From contig CANJPX010000008.1 of NCBI GenBank assembly GCA_947476185.1, forward strand, positions 5,693 to 69,692: 64,000 bases of DNA, read 5' to 3'. The DNA comes from Bacteroidota bacterium (lineage in GTDB: Bacteria; Bacteroidota; Bacteroidia; 2-12-FULL-35-15). This document shows, piece by piece, positions 18,408 to 28,386 of the stretch. The position numbers and the translations under genes were made by a program. Within the stretch, counting starts at the first letter, position 1; every line of letters starts with the position of its first letter. The notes under the pieces are model-generated. The model was not told the DNA's origin. It worked only from the letters and a program-made list of their open reading frames with translations, and ran no database searches.

Positions 18408-21131
18408 CTATTTTGAATTTTTAAACTGACCTTTGCTTTTACGGATATTTACTGCCACTATCTTATATTCAGGACACAATGCCTCAGAATCGTGCTCATC
18501 ACTGGTAATGATATTTAGCATCACTTCAGGGAAGTGAAATGTTGTACTCAAAATTCCCGGTTTTACTTCAGCGGTTATTTTTGCTTTTATATCAACTTTA
18601 CCACGGGGTGATTCTACACAAACCATATCGCCATCGTTGATCAAATTCTTTTTAGCATCCGCCGCATTGATTAACAAAACGTCTTCTGTAAGAATTTTCA
18701 CATTGCCGGTCCTTCTGGTCATTGTTCCGGAATTATAATGCTCTAATTCTCTATTAGTAGTAATTATATAAGGATACTCCTTTCCATTTTTATTTATCTC
18801 TTCACTTTCCTTAAAATCAAAATAATGGAATTTACCTTTTCCTCTGTGGAAATTTTTAAGGTGCAATATTTTGGTATCGGAGCCGCTTTTTCTTACCGGC
18901 CACTGTTTTCCATTATCACCAAGCTTCTCCCATTTAACACCTGCAAAAAATGGAACGACCTGTGAAATTTCTTCCAACATAGTATCAGGTTTGTATTCTG
19001 CTTGTGCATATCCCATTTTATTCATGATCTCAACCATTATCTGTCCATCGCTTTTTGTTCCTTCTAAAGGCTCAACAACTTTTTGAACACGTTGAATTCT
19101 TCTTTCGCCATTTGTATAGGTCCCACTTTTCTCGAGGAAAGTCGCACCCGGCAGGATAACAGTTGCATATTTTGCTGTCTCCGTTAAAAATATTTCTTGC
19201 AGTACAAGTAGCTCGAGGTTTTCCATTGCAGCAATAACTTTGTTGGTGTTAGGATCTGTTTGTACAACATCCTCACCCATCAGCCAAAGTGCTTTTAATT
19301 TTCCTTCAATGGAAGCTTCGAACATTTCAGGTATTTTCAATCCCTTGCCAAGCGGTATCGGTGTTTTATAAAAATCTTCATATTGTTTATTCACCTCTGG
19401 ATCGTATGCATTCAAATAACCAGCACCAAGATGGGGTTGACAACCCATATCTGCAGCTCCCTGAACATTATTTTGTCCGCGTAAAGGATTTACTCCAACT
19501 CCTTTGCGACCGATATTACCGGTGATCATCGCAAGATCAGAAATAAGCATCACCGTATATGAACCTTGAGTGTGCTCAGTAACACCAAGTCCGTGAAATG
19601 ACATTGCATTAGGTGCATTCGCATAAGCGAGAGCAGCATCTCTTACAAGACTTTTATCAACACCAGTTATCCGTTCCATTTCATCAATATCAACTTTCAG
19701 GATCTGCTCACAAAAATCTTTATATCCTTCAGTTCGTTTTTCAATAAAATCTTTTGCAACAGCACCTTCAGTAATAATATAATACAACATCATATTAAGA
19801 AGCGCCACATTTGTTCCCGGTTTTAATTGTAAATGGTAAGTCGCATACTTTGCCAATTCGATCTTTCTCGGATCAATTACAATTGTTGTTTTTCCTTTTA
19901 TGGCAAACTGTTTCAGTTTAGCACCTGTTACAGGATGAGCATCTGTAGGATTTGCACCTATTACCATAATGCAATCCGTGAATTTTATATCTTCAATAGA
20001 ATTTGTTGCAGCACCGGTTCCAAAAGCTTTTTGCATACCATGAGCAGTTGGGGAATGACAAACACGTGCGCAACAATCAATATTATTTGTTCCGATAACA
20101 GCGCGGATGAATTTCTGCATCAGATAATTTTCCTCATTCGTACAACGGGCGGAAGATATTCCTGCAATGGAATCAGGCCCATTCTTATTTCGTATATCAA
20201 TTAATTTCTCAGCAATAAAATCATATGCCTCCTCCCAGGTAGCAGGTTCTAAAACACCATTTCTGCGGATCAGCGGAGTACGGATCCTGTCCGGATGATT
20301 ATAAAAAGAAAAAGCAAATCGTCCTTTCAAACAAGTATGTCCTTGATTTACTTCCGCATTATATGGAGCTTGAATGGATTTCACTTTACCATTTAAAACT
20401 GCAACTTCAAGATTACAACCTACACCACAATAGGTACAAACGGTACGTATCTTTTTATCCGCCACAATTGATTTTGATTCAAACACATCAGAAATAGCCG
20501 AAGTAGGACAAGCCTGGGCACATGCACCACAACTTACACAATCGGATTCGAAAAAAGTTTTATTATTGCTCTTCACGATATGACTGTCGAAACCTCTACC
20601 CGCCATGCTCAAAACAAATTCTCCTTGCACTTCATCACATGCTCTTACACATCTGAAACAATTGATACATTTCGAAAAATCAGATGTCATGTATGGATGA
20701 CTAAGGTCTTTTTTACGCTCTAAATGATTTTTACCTTCCGGATAACGAACATCGCGAACACCAACTTTTGCTGCTACACTTTGCAATTCACAATTATTAT
20801 TTACCTCACATGTAAGACAATCCAGAGGATGATCTGTAAGAACAAGTTCAACAATATTTTTACGCAATTTTAATATTCTATCGCTATGCGTATAGATAAA
20901 AGAATTGGGAATAACCGGCGTATGACAGGAAGCCTGCGACTTTGCCGGTCCATCTTCCACCAAAGCCACATCTACGCTACACACACGACATGAACCAAAC
21001 GGATCAAGATTTGGCGCATCACAAAGTGTAGGCACAAAATCTTTTCCAAAATGCCTTCTCACAAAATTGAGAATCGTTTCCCCTTCAATTATCGGATAAA
21101 CCTTATCATTAATATGTGCTGTAAGTTCCAT
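18408..21131 (-). CDS. fdhA: NAD-linked formate dehydrogenase alpha subunit (FdsA/FdhF-type molybdopterin enzyme with NuoG-like N-terminus), Cys-type
   Basis: N-terminal 2Fe-2S ferredoxin and 4Fe-4S motifs (CDAPNLDPFGSCRVC, HPLDCLTCEVNNNCELQ, CINCFRCVRAC, CVSCGACAQACP). Molybdopterin domain with IDCCARVCHSPTAHG, which has Cys at the position of E. coli FdhF Sec140. GANPTDAHPV present. Confidence 0.9.
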   Translation of the reverse strand: MELTAHINDKVYPIIEGETILNFVRRHFGKDFVPTLCDAPNLDPFGSCRVCSVDVALVEDGPAKSQASCHTPVIPNSFIYTHSDRILKLRKNIVELVLTDHPLDCLTCEVNNNCELQSVAAKVGVRDVRYPEGKNHLERKKDLSHPYMTSDFSKCINCFRCVRACDEVQGEFVLSMAGRGFDSHIVKSNNKTFFESDCVSCGACAQACPTSAISDVFESKSIVADKKIRTVCTYCGVGCNLEVAVLNGKVKSIQAPYNAEVNQGHTCLKGRFAFSFYNHPDRIRTPLIRRNGVLEPATWEEAYDFIAEKLIDIRNKNGPDSIAGISSARCTNEENYLMQKFIRAVIGTNNIDCCARVCHSPTAHGMQKAFGTGAATNSIEDIKFTDCIMVIGANPTDAHPVTGAKLKQFAIKGKTTIVIDPRKIELAKYATYHLQLKPGTNVALLNMMLYYIITEGAVAKDFIEKRTEGYKDFCEQILKVDIDEMERITGVDKSLVRDAALAYANAPNAMSFHGLGVTEHTQGSYTVMLISDLAMITGNIGRKGVGVNPLRGQNNVQGAADMGCQPHLGAGYLNAYDPEVNKQYEDFYKTPIPLGKGLKIPEMFEASIEGKLKALWLMGEDVVQTDPNTNKVIAAMENLELLVLQEIFLTETAKYATVILPGATFLEKSGTYTNGERRIQRVQKVVEPLEGTKSDGQIMVEIMNKMGYAQAEYKPDTMLEEISQVVPFFAGVKWEKLGDNGKQWPVRKSGSDTKILHLKNFHRGKGKFHYFDFKESEEINKNGKEYPYIITTNRELEHYNSGTMTRRTGNVKILTEDVLLINAADAKKNLINDGDMVCVESPRGKVDIKAKITAEVKPGILSTTFHFPEVMLNIITSDEHDSEALCPEYKIVAVNIRKSKGQFKNSK

Positions 21132-21137
21132 GTTAAT

Positions 21138-22790
21138 TTATTTTTTAAAGTAAGGAGATAATTCATTCTCAAAATATTTCATCGCATTTTTCACCGGAAG
21201 AGGAAGCCCGCCACCTAAGGCACATAAAGAACCTGTTTCCAATGTTTCCAAAAGATCATTCATCAAAGTGATATCAATTTTATAATCTTCATTCTGCGCT
21301 TTCTCGATCATTTCATAACCACGAGTTGAACCTAAGCGACAAGGAAAACACTTGCCGCAACTTTCATGTGCGGTAAATTTAAATAGGTGTTCAATATATT
21401 TTATCAGCGGATATTCATCAGGAATACAAACGATAGAAGCATGTCCTAAAAGAAATCCTTCTTTTGCAAAAGAATCAAAATCCAGCGTAAGATCTTTTAT
21501 TTTGCTCACTGGTACCAATCCGCCAAGCGGTCCGCCAATGTGCATAGCTTTAACAGGTTTTCTAAATCCACCTCCTAAGTCATTTATCACAATAGACAAT
21601 GGCGTTCCCATATCCACTTCAAAAATCCCCGGATTCTTGAAATGACCATCAAGAGAAATCAATTTTGTTCCGGAAGACCTTTGCGTTCCTATAGCGGCAA
21701 AAGCCTTACCGCCATTCTTAATAATAAAAGGCAGGTTCGCTAATGTCTCAACATTATTTACAACCGTAGGTTTATTAAATAATCCTTGCTGAGTCGGATA
21801 AGGTGGTCGAATGCGAACTTCAGGGCGTTGACCTTCAATAGAGGAAAGAAGAGCCGTTTCTTCCCCGCAAATATATGCACCTTGTGCAGAAATTATTTTG
21901 AAATCAAAATTAAAATCCGAACCTAATATTTTCTCCCCAAGCAATTTTTTATTGCGAATATCATCAATTGCTTTTTGTGTTATTTCGATTGATTCCGGAT
22001 ATTCAGCACGAATGTAAAGCACACCTTTGTTGGCTCCCATTATATAACCTGTGATCATCATGCCCAATAAAACTGAATGAGTTTGATGTTCCAGCAAATA
22101 ACGGTCACTGTAGGCACCAGGATCTCCTTCATCGGCATTGCAGACAATGAATTTCTGTTTGTTAATTGTATTTTTTGCAGATTCTATTTTAAATGCAATA
22201 GGAAAACCTGCTCCTCCTCTGCCTCGTAATCCCGACAATTTTATTTCATTCAATAATTCATCCGTAGAACTTTTCAGAATAGTTTGCAGCGTTTTATAAT
22301 ATTCATCAACACCTGGAAATACCGAAGTAAGTATTTCAGAACCTTTGGAAGAAACAATATATCTGTCGGCAACAATTGCTTTTTTATTCTTAATATTCAA
22401 AATATCATTTATGGCATCTCCGGAATAATTTTTTCCATTCGTATGAAATGCATTATTTTCATGACAGCGTCCCAAACAACACATTTCGCCAATCTCATCG
22501 GCTTTATATTGTTTGCCAAGTTCATGCTTTAATTTTGTTTGAGTGCCAGCGGTAAGACAGGCACTACCATTACATACATACACCTTTTTTCCCTGATTCT
22601 CAGGACGCAAAAAATCATAAAAGCTGGCCGTTCCATAAATATTAGCTTTGCCCATGATAAATTCATTCGCCAATTCCTCCATTTTCTCCGCTGAAGGAGT
22701 GCCTGTTTGTTTAGCTGCAATGCCTAACTCCTCAAAAAGATTCTTATCGAGTGCTTTTCTTCCGGATAGTTCACTTAAATTTTTTGACAT
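21138..22790 (-). CDS. FdsB-like NAD(H)-binding diaphorase subunit (NuoE-like N-domain fused to NuoF-like FMN/NAD/4Fe-4S domain)
   Basis: N-terminal thioredoxin-like 2Fe-2S cysteines (VCNGSAC ... CCLGRC). NuoF motifs GLRGRGGAGFP, CNADEGDPGAY, ESCGKCFPCRLG. Directly upstream of fdhA copy 1 on the same strand. Confidence 0.85.
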   Translation of the reverse strand: MSKNLSELSGRKALDKNLFEELGIAAKQTGTPSAEKMEELANEFIMGKANIYGTASFYDFLRPENQGKKVYVCNGSACLTAGTQTKLKHELGKQYKADEIGEMCCLGRCHENNAFHTNGKNYSGDAINDILNIKNKKAIVADRYIVSSKGSEILTSVFPGVDEYYKTLQTILKSSTDELLNEIKLSGLRGRGGAGFPIAFKIESAKNTINKQKFIVCNADEGDPGAYSDRYLLEHQTHSVLLGMMITGYIMGANKGVLYIRAEYPESIEITQKAIDDIRNKKLLGEKILGSDFNFDFKIISAQGAYICGEETALLSSIEGQRPEVRIRPPYPTQQGLFNKPTVVNNVETLANLPFIIKNGGKAFAAIGTQRSSGTKLISLDGHFKNPGIFEVDMGTPLSIVINDLGGGFRKPVKAMHIGGPLGGLVPVSKIKDLTLDFDSFAKEGFLLGHASIVCIPDEYPLIKYIEHLFKFTAHESCGKCFPCRLGSTRGYEMIEKAQNEDYKIDITLMNDLLETLETGSLCALGGGLPLPVKNAMKYFENELSPYFKK

Positions 22791-22978
22791 ATTCTTTCAA
22801 TTTATCTAATAATGAAGGTACGAATTTAATGACATATATCATGTTTTTAAAGATCTTAATCTATAATTTGCAAAACGGTAGGTCATGACTATAAAATCGA
22901 GAGCCGAATTGAAAGAATAAATTTTAATTATTCTATATTCGCTTTATACAAAATAAATATTTACAAAATAATAAAACA

Positions 22979-24133
22979 ATGAAAAAATACATTATAATTA
23001 TTTTGTTTTCCCTTCTTCCTTTTGTTTCCTTGAAATCACAAACGATAAAAGGATTGTACGTTGACGGTTTTAGCTCAATACTAAACAATACTTTGAAAGA
23101 GGACAGTTTATTAAATTATGCACAATACAATGGATTCAATTATCTTGCCTTGTATGACCTTTGGCCGGTCCACGTCACTTACAACCTGACAAATGCCGCT
23201 ACGTGTACTGTTCTGGCAAACTTTATTCAAAATGCAAAACAAAATTTCGGCATTATACAGGTCGGTGCTATCGGAGAGAATTTTTTCTTTTTTAACAATG
23301 TGATCAAGGTATATAACCAGCAACATACAAATCCACTACAAAAATTTGACGTATTTAATGTTGAATTTGAATTCTGGAATACATCTTCAGTCACTCCGGG
23401 GAATTATTATTGCACTACCTATTTACAACCTGGGGGTTATACTTGTGATACAGCTGGTGCTTTTAGTTATTACAAAACGATCATCCATAAAGTTGATTCC
23501 ATTGCAAATCTTACCGGTGTGATCAGTGAAACATATGTCGGATGGTTCAATCAGGGTCAGGCCATAACTATTGGAAATACTGTCGACAGAATTTTACTGC
23601 ATGATTATATCAGTAATTATTCATCATTATACAGTTATATTCAACTACGATTGCAATACATTGCGGCAAGAAATATTCTGACGGATGTGATTCCGATCTT
23701 TTCTGCGGAACCTTCATTCATGGGACCATGGCTGAGCACAAACAATGTAGCGACACCATTTACTAATCTTCAGACTTATCTCAGCTCGGAAACAGGAACC
23801 TGGAAAAATTACATTAATCTGAAAGGATATCAATGGTTCGCTTATTCGTTTATGCCATATAACGTCCCAACAGTTGGCATCCCGGAACATGAAAAAGATG
23901 AACTCGAGATCTTTCCAAATCCGGCCACAGATCATCTTACAATAAAAAATAAAAGTTCTGAAATTAATTCGGTAGAAATAATAAATAGTATGGGGCAGAA
24001 AATTATCACAGCACAAAATACTTTAGATGGCATTATCTCTATTGATCTTTCTAATTTACCTGCAGGCGTTTATTTCTGTTCTATTAGAACTGGAGAGCAA
24101 AAAATAACAAGAAAAATTATTGTAATAAAATAA
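22979..24133 (+). CDS. secreted protein with T9SS type-A C-terminal sorting domain
   Basis: Signal peptide. C-terminal Por_Secre_tail-like ~80 aa (ELEIFPNPATDHLTI ... GVYFCSIRTGEQKITRKIIVIK). Confidence 0.7.
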   Translation: MKKYIIIILFSLLPFVSLKSQTIKGLYVDGFSSILNNTLKEDSLLNYAQYNGFNYLALYDLWPVHVTYNLTNAATCTVLANFIQNAKQNFGIIQVGAIGENFFFFNNVIKVYNQQHTNPLQKFDVFNVEFEFWNTSSVTPGNYYCTTYLQPGGYTCDTAGAFSYYKTIIHKVDSIANLTGVISETYVGWFNQGQAITIGNTVDRILLHDYISNYSSLYSYIQLRLQYIAARNILTDVIPIFSAEPSFMGPWLSTNNVATPFTNLQTYLSSETGTWKNYINLKGYQWFAYSFMPYNVPTVGIPEHEKDELEIFPNPATDHLTIKNKSSEINSVEIINSMGQKIITAQNTLDGIISIDLSNLPAGVYFCSIRTGEQKITRKIIVIK

Positions 24134-24154
24134 ACTGAGTGACCACTAAAAAAA

Positions 24155-25081
24155 CTACATCCAAGTCTCTGCTTTTATTTCACCTTGTATACCAACCTTG
24201 ATCATTTTTACCGGAATTTTTCTGCTTGCCCGCTGAACAGCTGCCATCGCCATTTGCAACAGTCCGCCACAGCAAGGAACTTCCATGATCATTACGGTAA
24301 TAGTATTAATATTTGCGTCATTGATCATACTTGTAAGCTTATCAACATACACCTCCAAATGACTATCAAGTTTCGGACAAGCAATTGCAACTGAACGTCC
24401 TTTTAAATGTTCTCTATGAAAATCTCCACTGGCAAAAGCAACACAATCAGCTGCCAAAAGCAGATCACAATTTTTAAAATAAGGCGCCATCGGATTTATT
24501 AAATGCATCTGTATCGGCCATTGCTTTAATTCTGAAGGCTGAGAAAAATTATTCTGCATTTCAGAATTTTCTGTATTATGATTTTTCACATCTCTGAAGT
24601 CCATTGTTGCAGCACCTTGACAACCACAGCCATCATTTACAGGATGTTGAGTAACACTTTTTTTGTGTTCGTGCGGATGATCCGCGGAAGACGAAGATTT
24701 ATTTATTTCATTGATCATATCATGAATATTAAAATTAATTTTATCCGGATTATTACTAAGAAAAGTGACCGCTTCATTAAAATAAGCAGTTTCTCCATGA
24801 TCCTTCAAATGCTTAAGGTGAGCAATTGTTGTATTTTTACCCTGTTTAGCAATTACTTTTATCACTTCCGTTTCATTGTACATTTCAGCTTCACGCTTCT
24901 CAATTTCAATTGCACCTTGCGGACAATCACCTATACAAGCACCCAATCCATCACACATCAGGTCACTTACCAATCTGGCTTTATTGTCAATTATTTGCAA
25001 AGCGCCTTCCGGACAACCTGGAATACAAATTCCACAGCCATCACATTTCTCTTCGTCGATCTTAATTATTTCTCTTATCAT
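24155..25081 (-). CDS. 2x[4Fe-4S] ferredoxin-domain protein with Cys-rich C-terminal domain of unknown function
   Basis: N-terminal CDGCGICIPGCP and CDGLGACIGDCP. C-terminal ~200 aa carry CGCQG, CDLLLAADC, ACPK and PCCGG cysteines. Last gene of the fdh module B operon. Confidence 0.7.
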   Translation of the reverse strand: MIREIIKIDEEKCDGCGICIPGCPEGALQIIDNKARLVSDLMCDGLGACIGDCPQGAIEIEKREAEMYNETEVIKVIAKQGKNTTIAHLKHLKDHGETAYFNEAVTFLSNNPDKINFNIHDMINEINKSSSSADHPHEHKKSVTQHPVNDGCGCQGAATMDFRDVKNHNTENSEMQNNFSQPSELKQWPIQMHLINPMAPYFKNCDLLLAADCVAFASGDFHREHLKGRSVAIACPKLDSHLEVYVDKLTSMINDANINTITVMIMEVPCCGGLLQMAMAAVQRASRKIPVKMIKVGIQGEIKAETWM

Positions 25082-25124
25082 AAATTTTTATTATTCTAAA
25101 CACGTTAAATAAATTTTCAAAAAA

Positions 25125-25583
25125 TTAAAACACTTCAGGATAACCTATATCTACAAATGCGTTTTCGAGTTTATGCTTATGCCCCATTTCCATATTTGCC
25201 AATTGCTCTAAAGCTTCTTTGACATTCTGATCTATTGCATTATTTGCTAAGGAACGATATAATTCTGCGGCTGCTTGTTCTCGTTTCATAGCGATAGCAA
25301 TAGCTTCTGCAGGTTTCATATTTATGGAAAGTTCGGGCATATCCTGAGTTTCAGCAATTTTATAATCCACTACTTTATTTTTAAATAGTTCAGCTATTGC
25401 CTTATTCTTTCTGTACATCTCTAACAAATTCGCATGCCCGTTCTCATCTTGTGCCAATTCTAAAAAGAGTTGTTTCACTCCGGGATTTGTTACTTTTTCG
25501 GAAGCTGCTTTATAAAAAGCATACGCTGCATTTTCTTGCTCAATAGCAAAATCAATTAGTTTGTTGATGTCTGTAGTAATCAT
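25125..25583 (-). CDS. rubrerythrin/ferritin-like diiron protein (no rubredoxin domain)
   Basis: Two E-x-x-H-like helices (EQENAAYAFY ... DENGHANLLE; ... MEMGHKHKLE) typical of the ferritin-like four-helix bundle. Confidence 0.65.
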   Translation of the reverse strand: MITTDINKLIDFAIEQENAAYAFYKAASEKVTNPGVKQLFLELAQDENGHANLLEMYRKNKAIAELFKNKVVDYKIAETQDMPELSINMKPAEAIAIAMKREQAAAELYRSLANNAIDQNVKEALEQLANMEMGHKHKLENAFVDIGYPEVF

Positions 25584-25627
25584 CTTTATACAAATTTTAT
25601 GTTTTTAAATATAAATTTTCAGTCCCA

Positions 25628-28357
25628 TTACGGTCTTGCTTGCCTGAAACCTCTATCGATTACCGCAATGCCATCACTCACTTTTTCAATTTTGATTGCA
25701 CAGGCTTTGTATTCCGGAGTTTCGGTCACATCATCATAGGCATCATTTGTCAAAACATTGGCATGTGCCTCATGAAAGTGAAAGGCGCACCAGGTTACTC
25801 CTTCCGGTGAACGCTCCGTAACCCATGCTTTCAAGGTGATCGTACCTCGCCTGCTGGTAGCTTTTACCATATCTCCGGTTTTGACCTTCATCTTTTTTGC
25901 ATCCGCAGGACTGATCTCCAACAATTCTTCAGGAAAAATATTTTCCAGTCCGATCGAATTTCTTGTTTGTGTTGCAGTATGATAATGCCACAATCTACGA
26001 CCTGTTGAAAGAATGAATGGATATTCTTTATCCGGTAATTCTGCTTGTGCCCGATAATTTGTTTGTGAGAATAATCCTTTACCACGGGTAAACTTTCCAT
26101 TCAAATGCAAGATCGGCGTTCCAGGATGTTGCACTGTAGGGCATGGCCATTGTAATCCAATATCTTGAATACGTTCATAAGTGATACCTCCCATAATGGT
26201 TCCGCTTCTGCGCATGTCTTCCCAAGTAGCATTTGCAGATGTGAATTTCAAATCTACACCAAATCGTTTTCCTAACTCCTGCATGATCCACCATGTTGGG
26301 CGAGCCTCTCCGGGTGCGTCGACAGCTTTTCTCAAAAACTGAACACGTCTATCCAAATTAGAATATGTTCCCTCATCTTCACTGAAACATACATCCGGTA
26401 AAATTACGTCTGCATATTCTGTTGTCATGTTCGGGAAAATATCAACGACAACAAGAAAATCCAAGGCTTCCACTTCTTTGATTGTTTTTGCAGTGTTGGG
26501 TTCTGTCTGAACGGTATTATCACCGACACAAAATAAAATTTTTGTTTCTCCACTTGTTGCCTTGTGCAACATCGTTGGAAGTTTATATCCTTCTTTCCTA
26601 GACAACCCTGATATGCCCCAATCCATCTCCATTTTTAAAATTGCCTGCTCATTGGTGCAAGACTGATAATTGTGAAAGACATTCGGTAAAGCACCCATAT
26701 CACAGGCACCCTGCACATTATTTTGTCCTCGTAAAGGATTCACGCCACAACCTCGTTTTCCTAAATGACCAAGTATCATTTGTAAATTGGCAAGCGTTTT
26801 TACATTGTCTGTTCCACAAACGTGTTCAGTTATTCCAAGCGTATATAAGATGCTAACTTTTTTTGCTTCTCCCAACATTTTTGCAACCTGCTTCATTTTT
26901 TCAACAGGCACACCGGAAATTTCTGATGCTTGTTCCACAGTAAAATCCTTCAACCAATTTTTTATCTCCTCCGGATTCTCCGTATTGTTTTTCATGAACT
27001 CTTCATCCTGCCAACCATTCTTTAATATCTCCACCATGAGTCCGTTTATAAAAGGAACATCTGTTCCAACCCGTATCTGAACATAAAGATCCGACCAATG
27101 TGCAATATCCACTCTTCGTGGATCACATACAATTAATTTGGCACCATTCTGTGCAGCACGTTTTACATAATAAGAAACAACAGGATGCGCTTCGGTCATA
27201 TTTGAACCAATCACAAACATCAATTCAGTTTCCAAAATTTCGTCTATGGAATTTGTTGCAGCTCCACTTCCAAATGCATGTGCTAATCCTGCAACGGTAG
27301 GAGCATGACACGTTCTGGCGCAGTGGTCGACATTATTTGTTTTGATCACTGCACGTGTAAACTTCTGAACAGCATAATTATTTTCATTGGTGATACGCCC
27401 TGAGCCCAATGCAGAAAAAACATCCGGTCCATGTTTACCTACTGTTGTTTTTATTTTTTCTGCGATAAGATCCAACGCTTCATCCCAGGTGGCACGTTCG
27501 TGTTTACCATTCCGTTTGATCATTGGATATTGCAAGCGTTTCGGGCTCGCATGAAACTCAAATCCATAACGACCTTTCACGCAAAGCATTCCATTGTTAG
27601 GCCACACTTCCCGACCCGTGACACGTACAACTTTATTTTTTTCCTGATCTATATGTAATGTCAACTGACATCCGACACCGCAATACGGACAAGTAGTATC
27701 CACTTTTTCTAAATCGGCATAACGACCTTTTCCGCGTGATTTTTTATCTGTCAATGCACCGGTCGGACAAAGTTGAACACATTCACCACACTGCACACAC
27801 GTAGAATCACCCATCGGAATATCATCATCACACATAATCGTTGTTTCCAAACCACGGAACCCAAAACCAAGAACTTCATTCACCACTGAATGATTACACG
27901 CTGCCACACATCTTCCGCACTTGATGCATTTGTCATAATCAATTACAATAAATTCTGAACTCTCATCTTTTCTTCCTGTTGGATGATCAGAAAAAGTTGT
28001 TTTTTCAATTCCTAAATGATAACAAGCATCTTGCAATTCACAAGTTCCACTTCTTTCACAAGCCAAGCAATTATGATGACCGGAAGAAAGCATCAGATCC
28101 ACCACCATGCGTTGTGCCTCTTTTATTTCTTTGCTATCCGAACAAACCTTCATGCCATCTCTCACTTTAAGATTACAGGAGGTCTGAAATCCGCGCATGC
28201 CTTCAACAGAAACAACACATGCTCTGCATTTTGCTGCCTGTCCGGTTTTCACATGATAACATAATGTAGGAATATAGATACCGTTTCTCTTCGCAACATC
28301 AAGAACCGTTTCGTCCTCGTTTGCTTGGTATGATTCATTATTCAGGATTATTTGCAT
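25628..28357 (-). CDS. fdhA: formate dehydrogenase alpha subunit paralog (molybdopterin, NuoG-like N-terminus), Cys-type
   Basis: 2Fe-2S and 4Fe-4S N-terminus (CYHVKTGQAAKCRAC, CLACERSGTCELQDAC, CIKCGRCVAAC, CVQCGECVQLCP). VDHCARTCHAPTVAGL has Cys at the Sec position. GSNMTEAHPV present. Roughly 45% identical by eye to the copy at 18408. Confidence 0.9.
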   Translation of the reverse strand: MQIILNNESYQANEDETVLDVAKRNGIYIPTLCYHVKTGQAAKCRACVVSVEGMRGFQTSCNLKVRDGMKVCSDSKEIKEAQRMVVDLMLSSGHHNCLACERSGTCELQDACYHLGIEKTTFSDHPTGRKDESSEFIVIDYDKCIKCGRCVAACNHSVVNEVLGFGFRGLETTIMCDDDIPMGDSTCVQCGECVQLCPTGALTDKKSRGKGRYADLEKVDTTCPYCGVGCQLTLHIDQEKNKVVRVTGREVWPNNGMLCVKGRYGFEFHASPKRLQYPMIKRNGKHERATWDEALDLIAEKIKTTVGKHGPDVFSALGSGRITNENNYAVQKFTRAVIKTNNVDHCARTCHAPTVAGLAHAFGSGAATNSIDEILETELMFVIGSNMTEAHPVVSYYVKRAAQNGAKLIVCDPRRVDIAHWSDLYVQIRVGTDVPFINGLMVEILKNGWQDEEFMKNNTENPEEIKNWLKDFTVEQASEISGVPVEKMKQVAKMLGEAKKVSILYTLGITEHVCGTDNVKTLANLQMILGHLGKRGCGVNPLRGQNNVQGACDMGALPNVFHNYQSCTNEQAILKMEMDWGISGLSRKEGYKLPTMLHKATSGETKILFCVGDNTVQTEPNTAKTIKEVEALDFLVVVDIFPNMTTEYADVILPDVCFSEDEGTYSNLDRRVQFLRKAVDAPGEARPTWWIMQELGKRFGVDLKFTSANATWEDMRRSGTIMGGITYERIQDIGLQWPCPTVQHPGTPILHLNGKFTRGKGLFSQTNYRAQAELPDKEYPFILSTGRRLWHYHTATQTRNSIGLENIFPEELLEISPADAKKMKVKTGDMVKATSRRGTITLKAWVTERSPEGVTWCAFHFHEAHANVLTNDAYDDVTETPEYKACAIKIEKVSDGIAVIDRGFRQARP

Positions 28358-28386
28358 GGTGCAAAAAATTAAAAATGTTTTATGAA

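Noticed and set aside
18395-18428. Perfect 12-bp inverted repeat CAGTTTAAAAAT ... ATTTTTAAACTG overlapping the fdhA stop codon
   Set aside because: Stem is entirely A/T with a 10-nt loop and no T-run context. Unlikely to be a functional intrinsic terminator. The stable terminators in this window are GC-containing.
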